NCBI RefSeq assembly: GCF_006345805.1
Contig: NC_043011.1
Coordinates: 59,966,464 to 60,030,463 of the forward strand
Direction of reading: 5' to 3'
DNA length: 64,000 nucleotides
From: Octopus sinensis
Taxonomy: Eukaryota
Part shown: positions 1 through 64,000 of the stretch, one piece after another
Numbering within the stretch: position 1 is the stretch's first letter
Layout of the letters: each line of letters opens with the position of its first letter
Program-made: the position numbers and the translations under genes
The notes under the pieces: generated by a model
Database searches by the model: none
Told to the model about the DNA's origin: nothing
Seen by the model: only the letters and a program-made list of their open reading frames with translations

Positions 1-715
1 AGGGAGTTTATTCAGGATTAGTTCCACAGCAATTTCTAGCAAGTTAAGCAACCACAAACAGTTTCCCTCGTAGGCTTGTGCAACTTCATCACCATCATTT
101 AACATCTGTTTTTTCATGCTGGCATGGGTTGGATGGTTTGACAGGAGCAGGCAAGCCATGAGCTACACCAAGTTCCACTGCCTGTTTTGGCATTGTTTCT
201 ACAGCTGGATGCCCTTCCTAAAGCCAACCACAGGGTGCTTTTTACATGGCACAGGCATGTACCTTGCAAGACAAAACTCCATCAACTACGAGCGAGAGGA
301 TTTGAGTAAATGATTGTTATATAAGCTTTAACCCTTTTGATAGCAACCTGCCCAAAACTACTCCTGGTTCTGATACAAATTCCTGCTTTGTAACAGGATT
401 TTAATTAAAACCTCCCATAAAAATTTTGCATTAATTTGTTCCAAACACCAGCTTAATAATTGAAGCAAAGACACCATTTGTCTATTGAGGGAAATTTTCT
501 CCATGACAAAACACAGTGAATGGCCTGTTTACCAGCTCAAACATGCAACAAGCGTATTCAAACTGGTAACAACATTGCAAAGACAGTGTATTTCCACAGA
601 AACATATAAACAAAAGGGTTGAAAGTTTCCAGTTTTGGTGGACTTTGTTATTGTTAAGTGATGAGAAGAAGAAAAAAAATGCATAAGAATGAAATAAGAA
701 AAATTGGGAACTTAC

Positions 716-61629
<60,914 letters not shown>

Positions 61630-62929
61630 CTTTTTTTTTGTAAGAAATAAAAAAGAAAATATGAATAATTAAAAATAATTGTCCAGCAGCTTGAAAAATA
61701 ATAATAATGATAATCTTTACAACAAAACATTTTATTCAGACATTGGCATAAAACTATAAATTTGAAGCAGACTTCAGTTGATTATTTCATACATTTTATT
61801 AAATAACAACAACAACGGTTTCCTATTTAGGCACAAATACAGTAATTTTGAGGAGGAATTAATCAATACCATTAACCCAAATACCTGACTAATGCTTTAA
61901 TTTATTGAGGCTGAAGGGACAAAAGACAAAGACCTCATTAGGATTTGAACACTGAATTTAACTCTTTTGTTACCATATTTCTGTTAAAAACGCTGTCTGC
62001 ATTTTAATTGATTTTGAAAATAATGAAAAATTTATTAAAATAACTTTTATCAATATTAACCTGGTGTTTGCTTCGTAAATTAATATGAAATTTGGATGGA
62101 AGGTTTTAATTCAGATCACTTTAAAAGCAGGAAGTTTGCATCATAGAATCAATGGGGGTGGTCTCAGGTGGGTTGGCATCTCAACCCTTTAACAGTCAGA
62201 TTTCTCTGTCAAATGTAATGTTTATTTATTTGCATGGTTTTGAATTAATCATGCATTCAATCATAGCTTTGAGATTCGGATAATGTGATTGTGTATCTTT
62301 AGAATGACATTGTAGGGTAGGTATGAGAGGTTGGATCTTGTCTTTTTGAGTGTAAAATACGGTTAGGGTTATTTGGGCAGGATATGAACTGTTTAAAGGG
62401 ATAAAGAGCTGGAAGAAAGTACTACAAAGTACATTTTCCAGCACTTTAAAGATCCAGCCAGCTTACCACTGGAATGATATTCTGCTCTACTACAAGCATG
62501 TCATCATCATCATCATTGTCGTCATTGTTTAATGTCTGTTGTCCGAGCTGGCATGGGTTGGACGGTTTGACTGAGGACTGGCAAATCAAGAGGCTGCGCC
62601 AGGCTCCAATCTGATCCAGCAAGGTTTCAACAGCTGGATGCCCTTCCTAATGCTAACCACTCCGAGATTGTAGTGGGTGCATTTTATATACCACTGGCAT
62701 GGGGGTCAGTCAGGTGGCACTGGCATTGACCACGTTTGAATGGTGCTTTTTACATGCCACCAGCACAGGAGCCAGTCAGGCAGCACTGGTATTGCCTACG
62801 CTCAAGGTACTGACCATGCTTGAATGGTATTTTTTACATGCCATTGACATGGGAGCCAGTCCGGTGACACTGGCATCGACCATGCTCAAATGGTGCCTTT
62901 TATGTGCCAGGCATGCTGTATACGTATGA

Positions 62930-63830
62930 AATTTTGGGGGTCGTGGGGGTAGTTGATAATATGGACTCCAGTGTTTAACTGGTACTTATTTTATCAACTC
63001 CTAAAGGAAGAAAGGCAAAGTCAACCTTGGTGGGATTTGAACTAAGAAAGTAAAGCACTAAAAGAAATGCCTTTTTTCCAGCAATGCTAATGATTCTGCC
63101 AACCTGACATAATAATAATAACAATAACAATAATAATAATAATAATAACAATAATAATAATAATGATAATAATAATAATAATAGTGGTGGTGGTTTCAAA
63201 TTTTAGCACAAGACCAGCACAACTTCAGGAGAGAGATAAGTCAATAATGTTGATGCCAGTGGCCAACTAATACTTATTTTATTGGAACTCAGAACCTAGA
63301 GATGGATGAAATGCTGCTAAGCAGTTTGTCTGGTGTGGGAAAAATTCTGCTAGGATGCTGCCTTAATAATAATGATAATCCTCTATAAGCACAGGACCTA
63401 AAGTTTTAGGGGAGTGGGGTCAAGTCAATTACATCGACCCCACCCCCCTATGCTAGAGTGGTACTTATTTCATTGACCCTCAAAAGATGAAAGGCAAAGT
63501 CAACCCCAGTGGCATTTGAACTCAGAAAGGACAATCAGAAGGAATGGCTCTAAGCATTCTGGCCAGTGTGGTAACAATACTGCCAATTCACTGCTTTTTT
63601 AATAATAATCATCCTTTCTATTGGAAGCACAAGGCCTCAAATTTGTGAGGAGCGGAGTAGACTATTACATCGACACCCCCAGTGCATAACTGGTACTTAT
63701 TTAATTGACCCCAAAAGGATGAAAAGAATAGTCGACCTCAGTGGAATTTGAACTTAGAACATAAGGATAGACGAAATATTGCTAAGCATTTCGTCCAGTG
63801 TGCTAATGATTCTGTCAGCTTGCCGCCTTA
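62930..63830 (-). mobile_element. Head-to-tail array of four SINE A copies separated by (AAT)n
   Basis: Four consecutive copies starting at about 62930, 63195, 63385 and 63610. Confidence 0.85.
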
Positions 63831-64000
63831 ATAATAATAATAATAATATGTTTGATGAGTGAAAGAGATGAGAGAAAGAGTGGAGGCTGCACTCGTGTGA
63901 ATTTCAAGTGGAAATTTAATGAGATGTAACTAAATAGCAATAGACATTAGAGACAGCAGTGTATCATAGCTGCCATCCAATAAATCTCAATATGAAAAAT

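Noticed and set aside
61630-64000. Expected next upstream DGK exon (...GTGNDLAR.L.WGG)
   Set aside because: Not found; it presumably lies beyond the window end. No downstream exon was found in 1-715 either.

Overview
AT-rich, repeat-dense eukaryotic DNA, most likely an octopus (coleoid cephalopod), inferred from the SINE/RTE repeat families and extreme microsatellite load. The window lies inside one minus-strand gene, a type IV diacylglycerol kinase (DGK zeta/iota, Drosophila rdgA ortholog). The ORF track misses it. I found 7 GT-AG exons by reading the minus strand: 61559-61629, 55400-55548, 53860-53915, 51982-52044, 35480-35553, 31153-31261 and 716-912 (719 nt). They splice in frame to [239 protein letters not shown], the end of the catalytic domain plus the accessory domain. 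The gene continues beyond both window edges. Introns (1.5-30 kb) hold tRNA-derived SINEs, RTE LINE 3' ends, mariner and rosa/maT transposase relics, piggyBac- and hAT-type MITEs, Penelope-like terminal fragments and microsatellites. The best second-look signal is four minimal type I hammerhead ribozyme motifs in apparently different short repeat families, two on the pre-mRNA strand and one trapped in its own 57-bp foldback. Others are a duplicated 5' splice site, an A-rich acceptor, and inverted repeats that would form dsRNA next to exons. Exon and ribozyme coordinates were counted base by base. Repeat boundaries are approximate (about 10-20 nt) and repeat family names come from memory, not a database search. 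Nearly all ORF-track entries are microsatellite or SINE artefacts.
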